A stretch of DNA of 64,000 bases, taken from Candidatus Subterrananammoxibius californiae. Its GTDB lineage: Bacteria; Planctomycetota; Brocadiia; Brocadiales; Subterrananammoxibiaceae. Below, piece by piece: positions 10,149-19,582 of the stretch. Within the stretch, counting starts at the first letter, position 1. The number at the start of each line of letters is the position of its first letter. The notes under the pieces were generated by a model. That model was not told the origin of the DNA, made no database searches, and worked only from the letters and a program-made list of their open reading frames with translations. Both the position numbers and the translations under genes were made by a program. The DNA is taken from NCBI GenBank assembly GCA_030586555.1, contig JAURAC010000017.1, positions 1 through 64,000 of the forward strand, given 5' to 3'.

Positions 10149-11114
10149 CTATCTCTCCAGTATGGTAAACTTCTTTGCCATCATGCAGGGACGATACGAC
10201 ATCTTTGCAATCCTCAGTCCTTCAATTCCCCAGTCTTCCCCGGCAGTAATGTATTTGGCGCTACGGAACTCGGTGGCACAGAACTTTTGATAGATGTACT
10301 GAGCAAGACCATGAATCTTTCGATTGGTTTTCTCAATCAGGACAGATGCTGTATCCAATGTCAGGAACTCGCCAAATGTAAAACCTTCAATCTTCTCATC
10401 TACAATTACAATCGCACCCTTGAGCCCAAGTTCCTCAAAATAGATAGTGGCACATTTGCTTGCTTCTACTTCGTGTAGCAATCCATTTAGATTTTGCGAC
10501 CCAAGGCACCCTTCCCTATCAGCCCGCCATTCATCAATCATCTTAAGCGTATCAGCAACATGCTTAGCCTCGAATGGCACATAAGTAAAGTTGTAATGCT
10601 TTTTAAATGAGTTGATTTCGTTTCTTTTCTTCTCGTACTTCCTGCCGGCAAGATTTATTAACTCGCTGGCATAATAAACATAATCGGGGTAACTTTCCAC
10701 AATTCGATACCCATCGTTGTCAAACAACTCAAGAAATTCAGTGTGAACGTAATTTATTGATGACTCAAATCCACCTTCTGCATTTAACTCCTTCATAATA
10801 GCAAAACACTCATGAAGGGTCTGCGGGATATTATTCCTTCCCAACGGCGGAATCATCATGAATGTACCCTTATGTGTCTTTCCAAAGAGGCATAAATTGT
10901 TGTTAATAATCGTCCACGATAGATGCACAGTGCTTCGCCAGATAAAGGTGTTTACAAAGGAGTAATCACATAGGTTTACATTCTCATTTTGAAGATACTT
11001 ATCAAAGATTAACTTATGTTCCAATTTTAGAGGATTAAAATCATATTTGCCATGAACTTCATGTTGGTAGTCATAATTAGTCTCTACCAGCGGTCCCTCT
11101 AACAGGTGTAAAAT
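10149..11114 (-). CDS. DUF2156 / phosphatidylglycerol lysyltransferase-domain protein; probable non-canonical ATT start at 11114 (ORF track: TTG 11024)
   Basis: CDYSFVNTFIW, DYVY...LAGRKYEKKRN, EDWGIEGLRIAKMSYRP; frame stays open upstream to an AAGGAGG SD. Confidence 0.8.
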   Translation of the reverse strand: MLHLLEGPLVETNYDYQHEVHGKYDFNPLKLEHKLIFDKYLQNENVNLCDYSFVNTFIWRSTVHLSWTIINNNLCLFGKTHKGTFMMIPPLGRNNIPQTLHECFAIMKELNAEGGFESSINYVHTEFLELFDNDGYRIVESYPDYVYYASELINLAGRKYEKKRNEINSFKKHYNFTYVPFEAKHVADTLKMIDEWRADREGCLGSQNLNGLLHEVEASKCATIYFEELGLKGAIVIVDEKIEGFTFGEFLTLDTASVLIEKTNRKIHGLAQYIYQKFCATEFRSAKYITAGEDWGIEGLRIAKMSYRPCMMAKKFTILER

Positions 11115-11138
11115 AATGGACCTCCTTCTTAAGGTTTG

Positions 11139-11247
11139 TGCCTTTAGCTGCTAACCATCCCCCCCGCCTCGGCGGGGAGTGACGCCCTTCGGCTTTAAAA
11201 GGCAGACATTAGCACTAAGTACACAACCAACGCCTTTCCCTGTACTT
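11139..11247 (-). promoter_or_regulatory. Candidate structured 5' leader RNA of the DUF2156-GNAT-hyf operon
   Basis: Stems AAGTACA/TGTACTT and TGCCTTT/AAAGGCA, an internal CGAAG/TAGCAG loop and a GC hairpin; ends 11 nt before the SD. Confidence 0.45.
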
Positions 11248-11570
11248 GAACTCCGCCTAAGTACGCCTCAGGCGGATAAAAATTAAAACAAAAAAACGGA
11301 TAACCCTATTTACTTATAGAGTATCCGTTCTTGCAATGAGACAACTCTCCTCAGATAACTTCGGTAATATACTTTTCGCTATGTAGGAACAACGTTCCAA
11401 AAACCATGTCGGAAGCAAACCTTCCGATGGATTCACATTGTCAGATTGCACACGTAAAATAAAAAAAATCTCCTTAAAAAAATGCTTACTTTCTTGAAAA
11501 AAGCAAATAAAATCTCTCCCTACTTCCACAAGAGAACATTAAATACAGTACCTTTTATCCATATTTTTTG

Positions 11571-11642
11571 TTACTTCTTTGGCGTACCACAACCTCCACC
11601 AGTCCTTCCCTTCTTCTTTTCACCTTTCTTTGGTTCTGCCAC
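11571..11642 (-). CDS. Putative 23-aa basic peptide MAEPKKGEKKKGRTGGGCGTPKK
   Basis: GTG start with GGGGGGTGA SD-like sequence; purine-rich coding-like stretch within AT-rich intergenic DNA. Confidence 0.5.
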   Translation of the reverse strand: MAEPKKGEKKKGRTGGGCGTPKK

Positions 11643-12097
11643 CGTCTTCACCCCCCTTCAACAGAATAATTTGTAGTTTAGAGCGCAATTTTTATTCCTA
11701 AAAATATATTTTTTACACATATAATTGTAAAACAAAGTAGAATAAAGTCTTACAGATATAATATTCTTTGACATCTCTTTAATATTCTAATGGAAAAGTT
11801 ACAAAACGGAATTTGTATTTCTTATTATCTGAATAACGTCTGATGTCCCGTCAATTTTATAATTTAACTATACAACATAATGTAGTATTAATCAACTTCT
11901 TATGTATAAGTATATGTACTGCATATAACCTTGCAAGAAAACAAGAACTTTCTTTTCATATTCTTTTAATTTCTTCAGATAAAGATGCGTAACATATTAT
12001 GATGTATATAGATATACATGCACACAAATCGGTAATTTCAATTCCTAAAATTATTCCATTTCACTAACATCAAGACAATCTAAAAATAAAGATATGT

Positions 12098-13525
12098 TTA
12101 AAGGAATAACGCAAGAAGCTCTGTCAAACCCTTGAAAACCTCCTTTCTTAAACCGTACTTAGACATCTTGGCATGAATACTTCGTGTGGTTAATTTTGCA
12201 TGGGCGGCGGTTCGTTTTATACTTCCCTTATACCGGGCGAGTACTCTTTTGAGGTACTCCCTTTCTACCTCTTCAACTGTATCCTTTTTCACATTCTGCA
12301 AGGGGAGCTCATGTTGTACCTTTACATGGATGCCGTTGTTAATTGCCACGATGTTTGCCTTTGGACGCATAGGTAAGTCAACTTCCTTTATTGTGGGGAC
12401 TTTTTCAACGATTACCGCCCTTTCAATAACGTTTGCCAGTTCCCTTACGTTTCCAGGCCAGTGATAATTTATCAATGTGTCGAGTGCTTCCTGAGAGATG
12501 TTTTTTATATCCTTGTGGTTTGCTTCCCGGTATCTCTTTAAGAAATGCGTTGCAAGCAATGGAATATCTTCTTTTCTTTCCCTTAAAGGTGGTAAGTTTA
12601 TCCTGACTACATTTATTCTGTAATAAAGGTCTTCTCTAAAAGTCCCTTTATCAACGGCTGTCTCAAGGTCTTTGTTGGTTGCAGCAATCACCCGTACGTC
12701 CACATTAAATGTTTTGTTACCACCTACCCGCTCAAACTCCCTTTCCTGAAGAACCCTTAGCAACTTTAGTTGCATTGCAGGCGAGATGTCGCCAATCTCA
12801 TCGAAAAAGATAGTCCCCTTATTTGCAAACTCAAATTTTCCAACATGTTGCTGTGTAGCCCCGGTGAATGAGCCTTTTTCGTGACCAAATAGTTCACTTT
12901 CAAGCAACGTATCGGGGAGTGAACCGCAATTTACCACTACAAAACGGTTAAATCTCCTCGGGCTATTATAGTGAATGGCCCGAGCAACGAGTTCCTTACC
13001 TGTGCCTGTTTCGCCCTGCACCAGAACCGTTGCATCAGTTTCTGAAACGGCTGTTATCAAATCAAATATCTTTTGCATCTTTGAATTTTTTGTGATTATA
13101 TTTTCAAAGGCGTATTTCTTAGATACTTCTTTTCTTAGATAGAGTGCCTCGAGAAATATTTCTTGGCGAGCAAGGTTTCTTTTTATGACGGCAACTACTT
13201 CATCGGAAGAATATGGCTTTACAATATAGTCGTTTGCCCATTCCTCAATCGCATCTATGGCGAGGTCTTTGGTCTCCCGGCTCACGGTAAGAATGACAAA
13301 GACCTCCGGATGGTTTTTCTTAAACGTTTCTATCCTGTCAATTATTTCATTTGTGAGGAAGTCTGCATCCGCCACAATCGTAACTGGGGATTTGGTGTCA
13401 ACACTGTCAAGGACACCTGGGTCTGTTAAAATCTCTGCTATTTCGCAATCCTTTCTCAAAAACCCTTTTCTGATGTCCCCTAATAACTGACCGTTAAAGC
13501 CGAGGGTAAGTATTTGCCTTGTCAT
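12098..13525 (-). CDS. Sigma-54-dependent NtrC/Fis-family activator with a degenerate receiver domain
   Basis: GETGTGKE, ESELFGHEKGSFTGA, FFDEIG, WPGNVREL, C-terminal HTH. Confidence 0.92.
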   Translation of the reverse strand: MTRQILTLGFNGQLLGDIRKGFLRKDCEIAEILTDPGVLDSVDTKSPVTIVADADFLTNEIIDRIETFKKNHPEVFVILTVSRETKDLAIDAIEEWANDYIVKPYSSDEVVAVIKRNLARQEIFLEALYLRKEVSKKYAFENIITKNSKMQKIFDLITAVSETDATVLVQGETGTGKELVARAIHYNSPRRFNRFVVVNCGSLPDTLLESELFGHEKGSFTGATQQHVGKFEFANKGTIFFDEIGDISPAMQLKLLRVLQEREFERVGGNKTFNVDVRVIAATNKDLETAVDKGTFREDLYYRINVVRINLPPLRERKEDIPLLATHFLKRYREANHKDIKNISQEALDTLINYHWPGNVRELANVIERAVIVEKVPTIKEVDLPMRPKANIVAINNGIHVKVQHELPLQNVKKDTVEEVEREYLKRVLARYKGSIKRTAAHAKLTTRSIHAKMSKYGLRKEVFKGLTELLALFL

Positions 13526-13630
13526 TTCATTAAATTCCCCTTACCTTTTTTGGAAACGGTAGAGACGCAAGATTTTGCGTCTCTACATTGTAGCTTATGA
13601 GCCATGAGCCATCAGCTATGAACTATTATT

Positions 13631-13945
13631 CTATTTCTTCTTAACGGTTACCCTTTTAACCGATTTCTTACTGGCTGTTATCTTTTTGGTAGTTTTGCTG
13701 GCAATCTCCTTTGGTCTACAGAGCAGGCTTCTTGTAATAGCAAGACGCCCACAGGCGTCACAAACATATTTAAAACTAACGACTTTGGGGGCGCATACAT
13801 GCCTCGGGTCAGAGGTCATCGTGCCACAGAAACTGCACACAACAACCTTCTTTGCTGGAATGGGGGTACAGAGGTGACCTTTTGTCGTGGTTACCCTGCC
13901 ACACGTTTTACAGGTATAAATTGCCACATCGGTTTTCTTTGCCAT
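13631..13945 (-). CDS. Small Cys/His-repeat metal-binding protein with a Lys-rich tail
   Basis: Three CxxCG-x9-CxP repeats; SD AGGAAAGGA. Confidence 0.75.
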   Translation of the reverse strand: MAKKTDVAIYTCKTCGRVTTTKGHLCTPIPAKKVVVCSFCGTMTSDPRHVCAPKVVSFKYVCDACGRLAITRSLLCRPKEIASKTTKKITASKKSVKRVTVKKK

Positions 13946-13993
13946 GTTACATGTCCTTTCCTATTTTATAAGATTTATCACAATACATCGCTA

Positions 13994-14404
13994 CTACTTT
14001 TCTAAAAGACTGCTCAATTTGGTAGCGATTTCTTCTTCATCTGCAAGGATACCTTCTAACAAGAGTCGGGTAGTTGAATCATTCGAAGCCAACTTAATCC
14101 ATTCTTTATAAGATGCGATTGCGCGTTTTTCCAAATCAAGATTTACCTTAATCATTTCTGTCAGCTTTCCAGGAATCTTCAATGGGTCTGTTTTTGTCTC
14201 GGGTTTACCTCCGAGGGCGACTATCCTTTCAGCCAATGCGTAAGCGTGCTTCATTTCTGTGATGCTAAATTCCTTCAGAAGGTCGGCTACTGGAGGGCTT
14301 TCGAGACCTTTTGCCAAATAATGATGCTGCAAATATTGTAAGATTGACGTAAGTTCTTCCTTTCTTGCTGCGTTTAATGCGTCAATAATTTTATTCTTAC
14401 TCAT
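13994..14404 (-). CDS. Ferritin-like (bacterioferritin/DPSL-type) protein
   Basis: EELTSILQY, EMKHA..LAERI..LGG, EKRAI..Y, DEEE. Confidence 0.85.
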   Translation of the reverse strand: MSKNKIIDALNAARKEELTSILQYLQHHYLAKGLESPPVADLLKEFSITEMKHAYALAERIVALGGKPETKTDPLKIPGKLTEMIKVNLDLEKRAIASYKEWIKLASNDSTTRLLLEGILADEEEIATKLSSLLEK

Positions 14405-14461
14405 TCTTCTCTCCTTTTTCTCTAATTGTTTTTGTTAAAAGCAAGTCCAGACGCCTTTCTT

Positions 14462-14905
14462 TTAACCCTGATATTTTACAATCATAACTGGACAAGGGGC
14501 GTCACGCATTACCTTTTCAGCGATGCTGCCTAACATGACATGACTGAGACCTGTCCTGCCATGCGTCCCCATAACAATAAGGTCTATATCTTTATCCTTC
14601 GCCACCCTTACAATCTCATCAAACGGAACGCCGAGGCAAACTAAGGCTTCGTACTTAATTTCCTCTCTAATTTCCTCAGGTACGCTTTTCTCTAATTTGT
14701 TCTTTAATTCAGTAAGCCCTTTTTCGTCAATCGTTGTAAGTTCAGAAACGCCTTCTGTCTCTTCGTGCGTTCGGCTGTCAAGCACGTGCATAAGGTACAG
14801 CTTGGCTTTGTCCTTTAGAGCGAATGCAATGGCATATTTCAGGGCTGACTCAGAATGTTTAGAGTGGTCTATCGGGCAAAGAATATTTCGTAAAGTTATC
14901 ATCAA
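14462..14905 (-). CDS. Universal stress protein
   Basis: ILCPIDHS, DLIVMGTHGRTGL..GSIAEKVMRDAPCPV. Confidence 0.95.
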   Translation of the reverse strand: MMITLRNILCPIDHSKHSESALKYAIAFALKDKAKLYLMHVLDSRTHEETEGVSELTTIDEKGLTELKNKLEKSVPEEIREEIKYEALVCLGVPFDEIVRVAKDKDIDLIVMGTHGRTGLSHVMLGSIAEKVMRDAPCPVMIVKYQG

Positions 14906-14908
14906 GCT

Positions 14909-15820
14909 TCACCTTCCTCTGAACTTAATAGTATATTTTCTGACCATGTGATTTGGATGGTAAGACAATTTTGCTCTTCTTAATCCCTTTTCCCCGAGGT
15001 CTTGCTCTCTGTTAATATATTTATAGTTTGACCATTCTGCTTCGCAGAATTGCTGATTTATAAACGGATAAAAGCCCTCATATTCTGGATTTGCCTTTTC
15101 TGCATGAATAACGGCAGTGTCAGAGTTTAATTTTTCTCCAAGTGTAAACGCTTCGATATTATCATTAATCAGAACTGCGCCTCCTTTTACGTCAAGATAC
15201 TCAAAATTATTCAGCGCCTCAAAAATTGCCTTTTCTTCGGCAAGAAGGTTTGGATACAGTTCACACTGTTTTATGTTACACCATTTTGCCTCAAAGTCAA
15301 GACACTCCTTTGCAAGTTCTTTTGTTAGCGGTGTGTATTTGTAGGAAACACCTTCTTTGAATTTTCTTATGAAATTCCGCTTGCCATCATACTTTCTGCC
15401 TTTTAATCCAATTAAATCACTACTTAAGTATACATAGTCGCAGTTATCCCTGTCAAGCTCGTAATGAAAGTTAGGGTCATCAATAACATGTTGAATTATA
15501 AACTCCTCTGGCACCCGACGCATCATTTCTACGTATCCACTTTCCTCAAAGTAGGAAAATAAAACACGGAGACAATGCTTTAGCGTTTCTCTCTTTCCAA
15601 TCGGTGGAAAGAAAAAGGGGGAACCATCCGCCGGATTCGCCTTAAGGCAAAGACAGTCTTTTAGCAAACATATTTTAAAACGGTACTTATTTTGCCATAT
15701 AAATAGATTTGTAAACGTGTACTCAGAAATAATTGGTGGATATGCATGAAAGTATGAGGTAATCAATTCTTTGTCATCTAATCGAATATCCCTGAAATTT
15801 GGAAAGAGTGGTATGTGCAT
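14909..15820 (-). CDS. DUF2156 / phosphatidylglycerol lysyltransferase-domain protein (second paralog)
   Basis: SEYTFTNLFIW, DYVY..LKGRKYDGKRN, INREQDLGEKGLRRAKLSYHP. Confidence 0.88.
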   Translation of the reverse strand: MHIPLFPNFRDIRLDDKELITSYFHAYPPIISEYTFTNLFIWQNKYRFKICLLKDCLCLKANPADGSPFFFPPIGKRETLKHCLRVLFSYFEESGYVEMMRRVPEEFIIQHVIDDPNFHYELDRDNCDYVYLSSDLIGLKGRKYDGKRNFIRKFKEGVSYKYTPLTKELAKECLDFEAKWCNIKQCELYPNLLAEEKAIFEALNNFEYLDVKGGAVLINDNIEAFTLGEKLNSDTAVIHAEKANPEYEGFYPFINQQFCEAEWSNYKYINREQDLGEKGLRRAKLSYHPNHMVRKYTIKFRGR

Positions 15821-15914
15821 TAAAAACGCCTTGATGTCTTCAAGCCTGTGCTAATTGGGATAATACAATGAGCTACAAATAGGGTATTAGATGTAGCATG
15901 GCAATACCTTGCAA

Positions 15915-16334
15915 TCATTTTAAAAATCTTTCTATCTCTAATAAAAATCTATTCCAAATATCCGGAATGTTATTACCTAAATCCTCCAATTGGGCTTCAT
16001 CAAGCATGAACCCGTAAGCATGAACGAAAAAATGTCTAAAAGTTAGGTACTCATAAAGTTCGTCAGTAAGCCCTTCTGAAATAATTTCATGCGATCCCGA
16101 GAAGTTCAGTAAATCTTTATGCCATGTATCAGATTTGGGTATCTCAACATTTTTTGTTTTTAGAATCTGTTTCAGGATGTTTTCGATACCGTTATAAATA
16201 TTATGAAGAAATGTTCCGACCGCGGCTAATTCAATAACGGATTTCTTCTTCCTTGCCATAGCTTTTTTAAGATTGCTTAATGCTATCTCGACATTCTCTC
16301 TTTCCGCAATGATTTGCTTATATAGACTATCCAT
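15915..16334 (-). CDS. HepT-like HEPN ribonuclease toxin
   Basis: HNIYNGIE, WHKDLL, FRHFFVHAY (RxxxxH). Confidence 0.85.
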   Translation of the reverse strand: MDSLYKQIIAERENVEIALSNLKKAMARKKKSVIELAAVGTFLHNIYNGIENILKQILKTKNVEIPKSDTWHKDLLNFSGSHEIISEGLTDELYEYLTFRHFFVHAYGFMLDEAQLEDLGNNIPDIWNRFLLEIERFLK

Positions 16335-16605
16335 AAATTTTTACGCCGGTCTCTTCCACAAGGTCATTAAATAGGGATTTCTTGGACAGGTCTATAAGGT
16401 CAACAGGTTTTGATAAGTGCTTAAATAGTTCTGCGTAAAATTTGAAGAATAACTTAGCTTCGATTCCTTTCACACCAATATCTATATCAGTAGCTTCTTT
16501 ATCTTCTCTTATTGATGACCCAAATAAAATAATGGAAGAAACATTGTATTTTTTAGCACACTGTAAAATTATAACTTTTTCTTTTTTAGTTATCATTTCC
16601 ATCAC
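16327..16605 (-). CDS. Minimal nucleotidyltransferase (MNT) antitoxin
   Basis: LFGS...DIDIGV, PVDLIDL; overlaps the HEPN gene. Confidence 0.85.
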   Translation of the reverse strand: MMEMITKKEKVIILQCAKKYNVSSIILFGSSIREDKEATDIDIGVKGIEAKLFFKFYAELFKHLSKPVDLIDLSKKSLFNDLVEETGVKIYG

Positions 16606-17023
16606 CTATTTTATCCCACCCATCTTTAAAAGCTATATAATCCTTTGGTCGAAGCCAATAGCTTTTCCTGCCATCCTTTACCCCTTCATGAATGTTAGAT
16701 TTTATTTCATCAATTTTGGCAATAAAAATTTCTGGTTCTTCATCAAAAACTTTTCTATATATCACCATATACTCGGCAACTAAGCTATTTAGGTTATTAC
16801 CTAAAGGAACAGGGTCTTTCTTACCTAAAGCCTTAACTTGTAAGGTGTGTGTTCGTTTGGCTGATTGGCTATAAATAACAACATCAACACCTTTTGCATT
16901 TCTTGAAGTCGGTAACACATTCCAACCGCGCTTCGATAATTCGTAGCATACATCGTAAAGGCCTACGTTACCCACTACTTGATTAGACGACTTATTTTTC
17001 TTTACTAACGTTCTATTCTGCAT
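16586..17023 (-). CDS. Small PD-(D/E)XK-like nuclease-fold protein
   Basis: ELSKRGW...GVDVV...LQVKA. Confidence 0.6.
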   Translation of the reverse strand: MQNRTLVKKNKSSNQVVGNVGLYDVCYELSKRGWNVLPTSRNAKGVDVVIYSQSAKRTHTLQVKALGKKDPVPLGNNLNSLVAEYMVIYRKVFDEEPEIFIAKIDEIKSNIHEGVKDGRKSYWLRPKDYIAFKDGWDKIGDGNDN

Positions 17024-17184
17024 TTTTTCACTTCCTCATGAGGAATTCCCTTACCTTCATCCAACTCTTTCAGCCCGGCATCTACCTGAAGCCTAAAATA
17101 TAACTCTGCCATAATATCCTCGACCGAAACGTCCTCAGGAAGATTCTGAATCATTTGAATAACTTGTTCCTTAACGCCTTTCAT
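17005..17184 (-). CDS. Orphan ParD-like antitoxin (59 aa), C-terminus apparently replaced; no toxin partner
   Basis: MKGVKEQVIQMIQNLPEDVSVEDIMAELYFRLQVDAGLKELDEGKGIPHEEV; SD GGAGGTG. Confidence 0.7.
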   Translation of the reverse strand: MKGVKEQVIQMIQNLPEDVSVEDIMAELYFRLQVDAGLKELDEGKGIPHEEVKKCRIER

Positions 17185-17241
17185 CTACACACCTCCTAAT
17201 CAATAATTTGGCAAGTTGTAGGGGCACGTTGCAACGTGCCC

Positions 17242-18657
17242 CTACAGACTCCTCGGTTCTGTCATATATGCCGGTGATAGGATTTCGTTCAGCCTCGTTT
17301 CTGTGAGTAATCCTTTCTCCAATACAATATCTCTAATAGACCTTCCTGTTCTCAGGGATTCTTTAGCAACCTCTGCCGCCTTTGCATAGCCAATGTACGG
17401 ATTTAGAGCCGTTGCTATTCCCATGGTATTCATTGCAAAAAACTCACATCTTTCAACATTTGCAGTTATACCATTAACGCACCTATCAGTAAAGACCTTT
17501 AGTGCATTTTTGAGGATTTCGATGGATTCAAGCAGTTTATACTGCGTCACTGGCATCATTACATTTAATTCCAATTGACCCGCCTGGGCTGCCATCGTAA
17601 TGGTGAGGTCATTGCCAATCACAGCGAAGCAGACCATCGCTAACATCTCCGCCATTACAGGATTCACCTTGCCGGGCATAATGGATGAGCCTGGTTGAAG
17701 AGGGGGGAGGTTTATTTCGGCAAGCCCTGTCCTGGGACCGGAGGACAAAAGGCGCAGGTCATTGGAGATTCGGATAAGTTCAACCGCAAGACTTTTTAGC
17801 GCCCCGGACACCTCTATAAAACATGCATTACTCTGCATGGCTTCAAAGCGGTTCGCTGCCTTCCTTAAATCCAGGCCTGTAATCTTACGTAAAGCCTTAA
17901 CCATCTCATCGGCATACTCGGGATAGGTATTAAGTCCTGTCCCCGCGGCGCTTCCGCCGATACCCAATTCCTTCAACGATTCGCAAGCCCTTTTTATCCT
18001 TTCTGTTGATTTGGAAATGGCTTCAGCATATCCCGAAAACTCTTGACCGAACCTTATGGGAACGGCGTCCTGCAAGTGGGTTCTGCCTGACTTTATGATT
18101 CCGTCGAACTCCTCAGCCTTTTTATGAAAGGCATTTGCAAGCTCGTCAAGGGCTGGAAACAGTTCTTTAAGAAGCAGAAGCGCGGCGATTCGCATTGCGG
18201 TTGGGTACACATCGTTTGTGGATTGGCCATAATTGACGTGGTCATTTGGATGAACAACGGAATAATCGCCCTTCTTTCCTCTTAAAGACTCAATTGCTAT
18301 ATTTGCCAGCACCTCATTAACGTTCATGTGGTGAGAGACGCCTGCCCCAGCCTGAAAGACGTCCACCACAAACTGGTCTTGTAAGGGCGATTCACGAATC
18401 GCCCCTACAGAATTAATCACCCTGTCCGCCGCTTTGATAATTGCGGTGCCTATTGCTTTAGTCAGTCGCCCATTTGCTGTATTAACCTCAGCGGCAGCCT
18501 TTTTTATATATATCGTTGCCAGAATGAAGACTCGATGAGGCTTAATACCGCTTATAGGGAAATTCAAAAGAGCCCTTGCCGTCTGTGCTCCGTAGTAAGC
18601 GTCTAACGGCACTTCCACTTCACCCAGAGAATCTTTCTCTATCCTTATAGCTGTCAT
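17242..18657 (-). CDS. aspA: Aspartate ammonia-lyase / class II fumarase family
   Basis: RIEKDSLG, HPNDHVN..QSTND, GRTHLQDA, GSSIMPGKVNP. Confidence 0.88.
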   Translation of the reverse strand: MTAIRIEKDSLGEVEVPLDAYYGAQTARALLNFPISGIKPHRVFILATIYIKKAAAEVNTANGRLTKAIGTAIIKAADRVINSVGAIRESPLQDQFVVDVFQAGAGVSHHMNVNEVLANIAIESLRGKKGDYSVVHPNDHVNYGQSTNDVYPTAMRIAALLLLKELFPALDELANAFHKKAEEFDGIIKSGRTHLQDAVPIRFGQEFSGYAEAISKSTERIKRACESLKELGIGGSAAGTGLNTYPEYADEMVKALRKITGLDLRKAANRFEAMQSNACFIEVSGALKSLAVELIRISNDLRLLSSGPRTGLAEINLPPLQPGSSIMPGKVNPVMAEMLAMVCFAVIGNDLTITMAAQAGQLELNVMMPVTQYKLLESIEILKNALKVFTDRCVNGITANVERCEFFAMNTMGIATALNPYIGYAKAAEVAKESLRTGRSIRDIVLEKGLLTETRLNEILSPAYMTEPRSL

Positions 18658-18669
18658 AGAGCTTTGTGA

Positions 18670-18699
18670 CACGGACAAACAAGTTTGTCCATGCCACCC
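18670..18699. repeat. 30-bp repeat family; copies at 18670, 25773, 27039, 63950
   Basis: CACGGACAAACAAGTTTGTCCATGCCACCC, near identical, same orientation. Confidence 0.9.
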
Positions 18700-18722
18700 T
18701 GTTTTTTAAAAAGGCGAGTCAG

Positions 18723-18914
18723 TTATTTTATGGTGCAATATAAATTGACATCGTAAACCTGTTCACAACTGGGACATTTTAGCCGAATCTTTGCATTGTT
18801 GACTTCCTTCGCGCCAATCCGCTCGATAAAAACGTGGAAGCTGCCTTTATAATCGCAGCTTTCGCAATGCTCGAATGTCCCCACTATGTCCTTCTTTTTT
18901 ACCTTGCCACCCAT
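18723..18914 (-). CDS. Small zinc-ribbon protein
   Basis: CESC and CPSC pairs; SD GGGGAGG. Confidence 0.7.
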   Translation of the reverse strand: MGGKVKKKDIVGTFEHCESCDYKGSFHVFIERIGAKEVNNAKIRLKCPSCEQVYDVNLYCTIK

Positions 18915-18941
18915 TTTCAACCTCCCCTGGTTTTACGAACG

Positions 18942-19298
18942 TTACTGGGGTAATGGCTTTAGACTAAAATCACCATCTGTTTCTACAAGTGCAAATTTCT
19001 GGCAGCATACAGGACACCGTTCTTCATTTCCAACAAAGGGACTCTTTCCAAAGTCAATGCCCCAGCCGCAAAGGGTACAATAGAGTATAACGTCATGGTC
19101 ATCCTGTGCGATATTTTTTATTAACTTATCCATTGCATCTCTATGACCCCTTGCAGACCTTGAAAGATTATTAAACAGCGTCTGAACTGATGTATTTTGC
19201 GCCGCTAATGCGAACTTGTTGTAAAGACGTTCCTGTTCGACCTCAGATGCTACGTCATCTTCAAGGAACTTCAATATTGTCTTGAACCCTTCTCTCAT
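18942..19298 (-). CDS. Rubrerythrin-like protein with a C-terminal CxxC/CxxC domain
   Basis: E..Q.RLY, LF..L....RGH, CTLCGW, CPVCC. Confidence 0.65.
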   Translation of the reverse strand: MREGFKTILKFLEDDVASEVEQERLYNKFALAAQNTSVQTLFNNLSRSARGHRDAMDKLIKNIAQDDHDVILYCTLCGWGIDFGKSPFVGNEERCPVCCQKFALVETDGDFSLKPLPQ

Positions 19299-19302
19299 GA
19301 TT

Positions 19303-19500
19303 TTATCCCTTCATTCTCTCAAGTTGTTCTTCAATCTCCGCCTTGTGCATCATCTCATTATGCAGAATGCCCTCAAGAAGGGCATTTATCTGTGGGTCAT
19401 TAAATGCCCTTATCTGTTCTGTGTAAGAATGGATGGCAGTCTCTTTTTTCTGGAGCGCAGTCATGAGATTTTGGATATCTTTATCCTCGGATTTACCCAT
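19303..19500 (-). CDS. Small half-ferritin-like protein
   Basis: KETAIHSY...ILHNEMMH; SD GGAGG before MGKSED. Confidence 0.7.
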   Translation of the reverse strand: MGKSEDKDIQNLMTALQKKETAIHSYTEQIRAFNDPQINALLEGILHNEMMHKAEIEEQLERMKG

Positions 19501-19582
19501 AGTTACGACCTCCCTAATAAAGCAATGAGCGATGAGTGAAAAGCAATGAGTGATGGTACTCATTGCTCGTTGCCCAGTCCTC

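Noticed and set aside
15899..15914. TGGCAATACCTTGCA as a sigma-54 promoter
   Set aside because: GG-to-GC spacing is one base short and it faces away from the neighbouring gene starts
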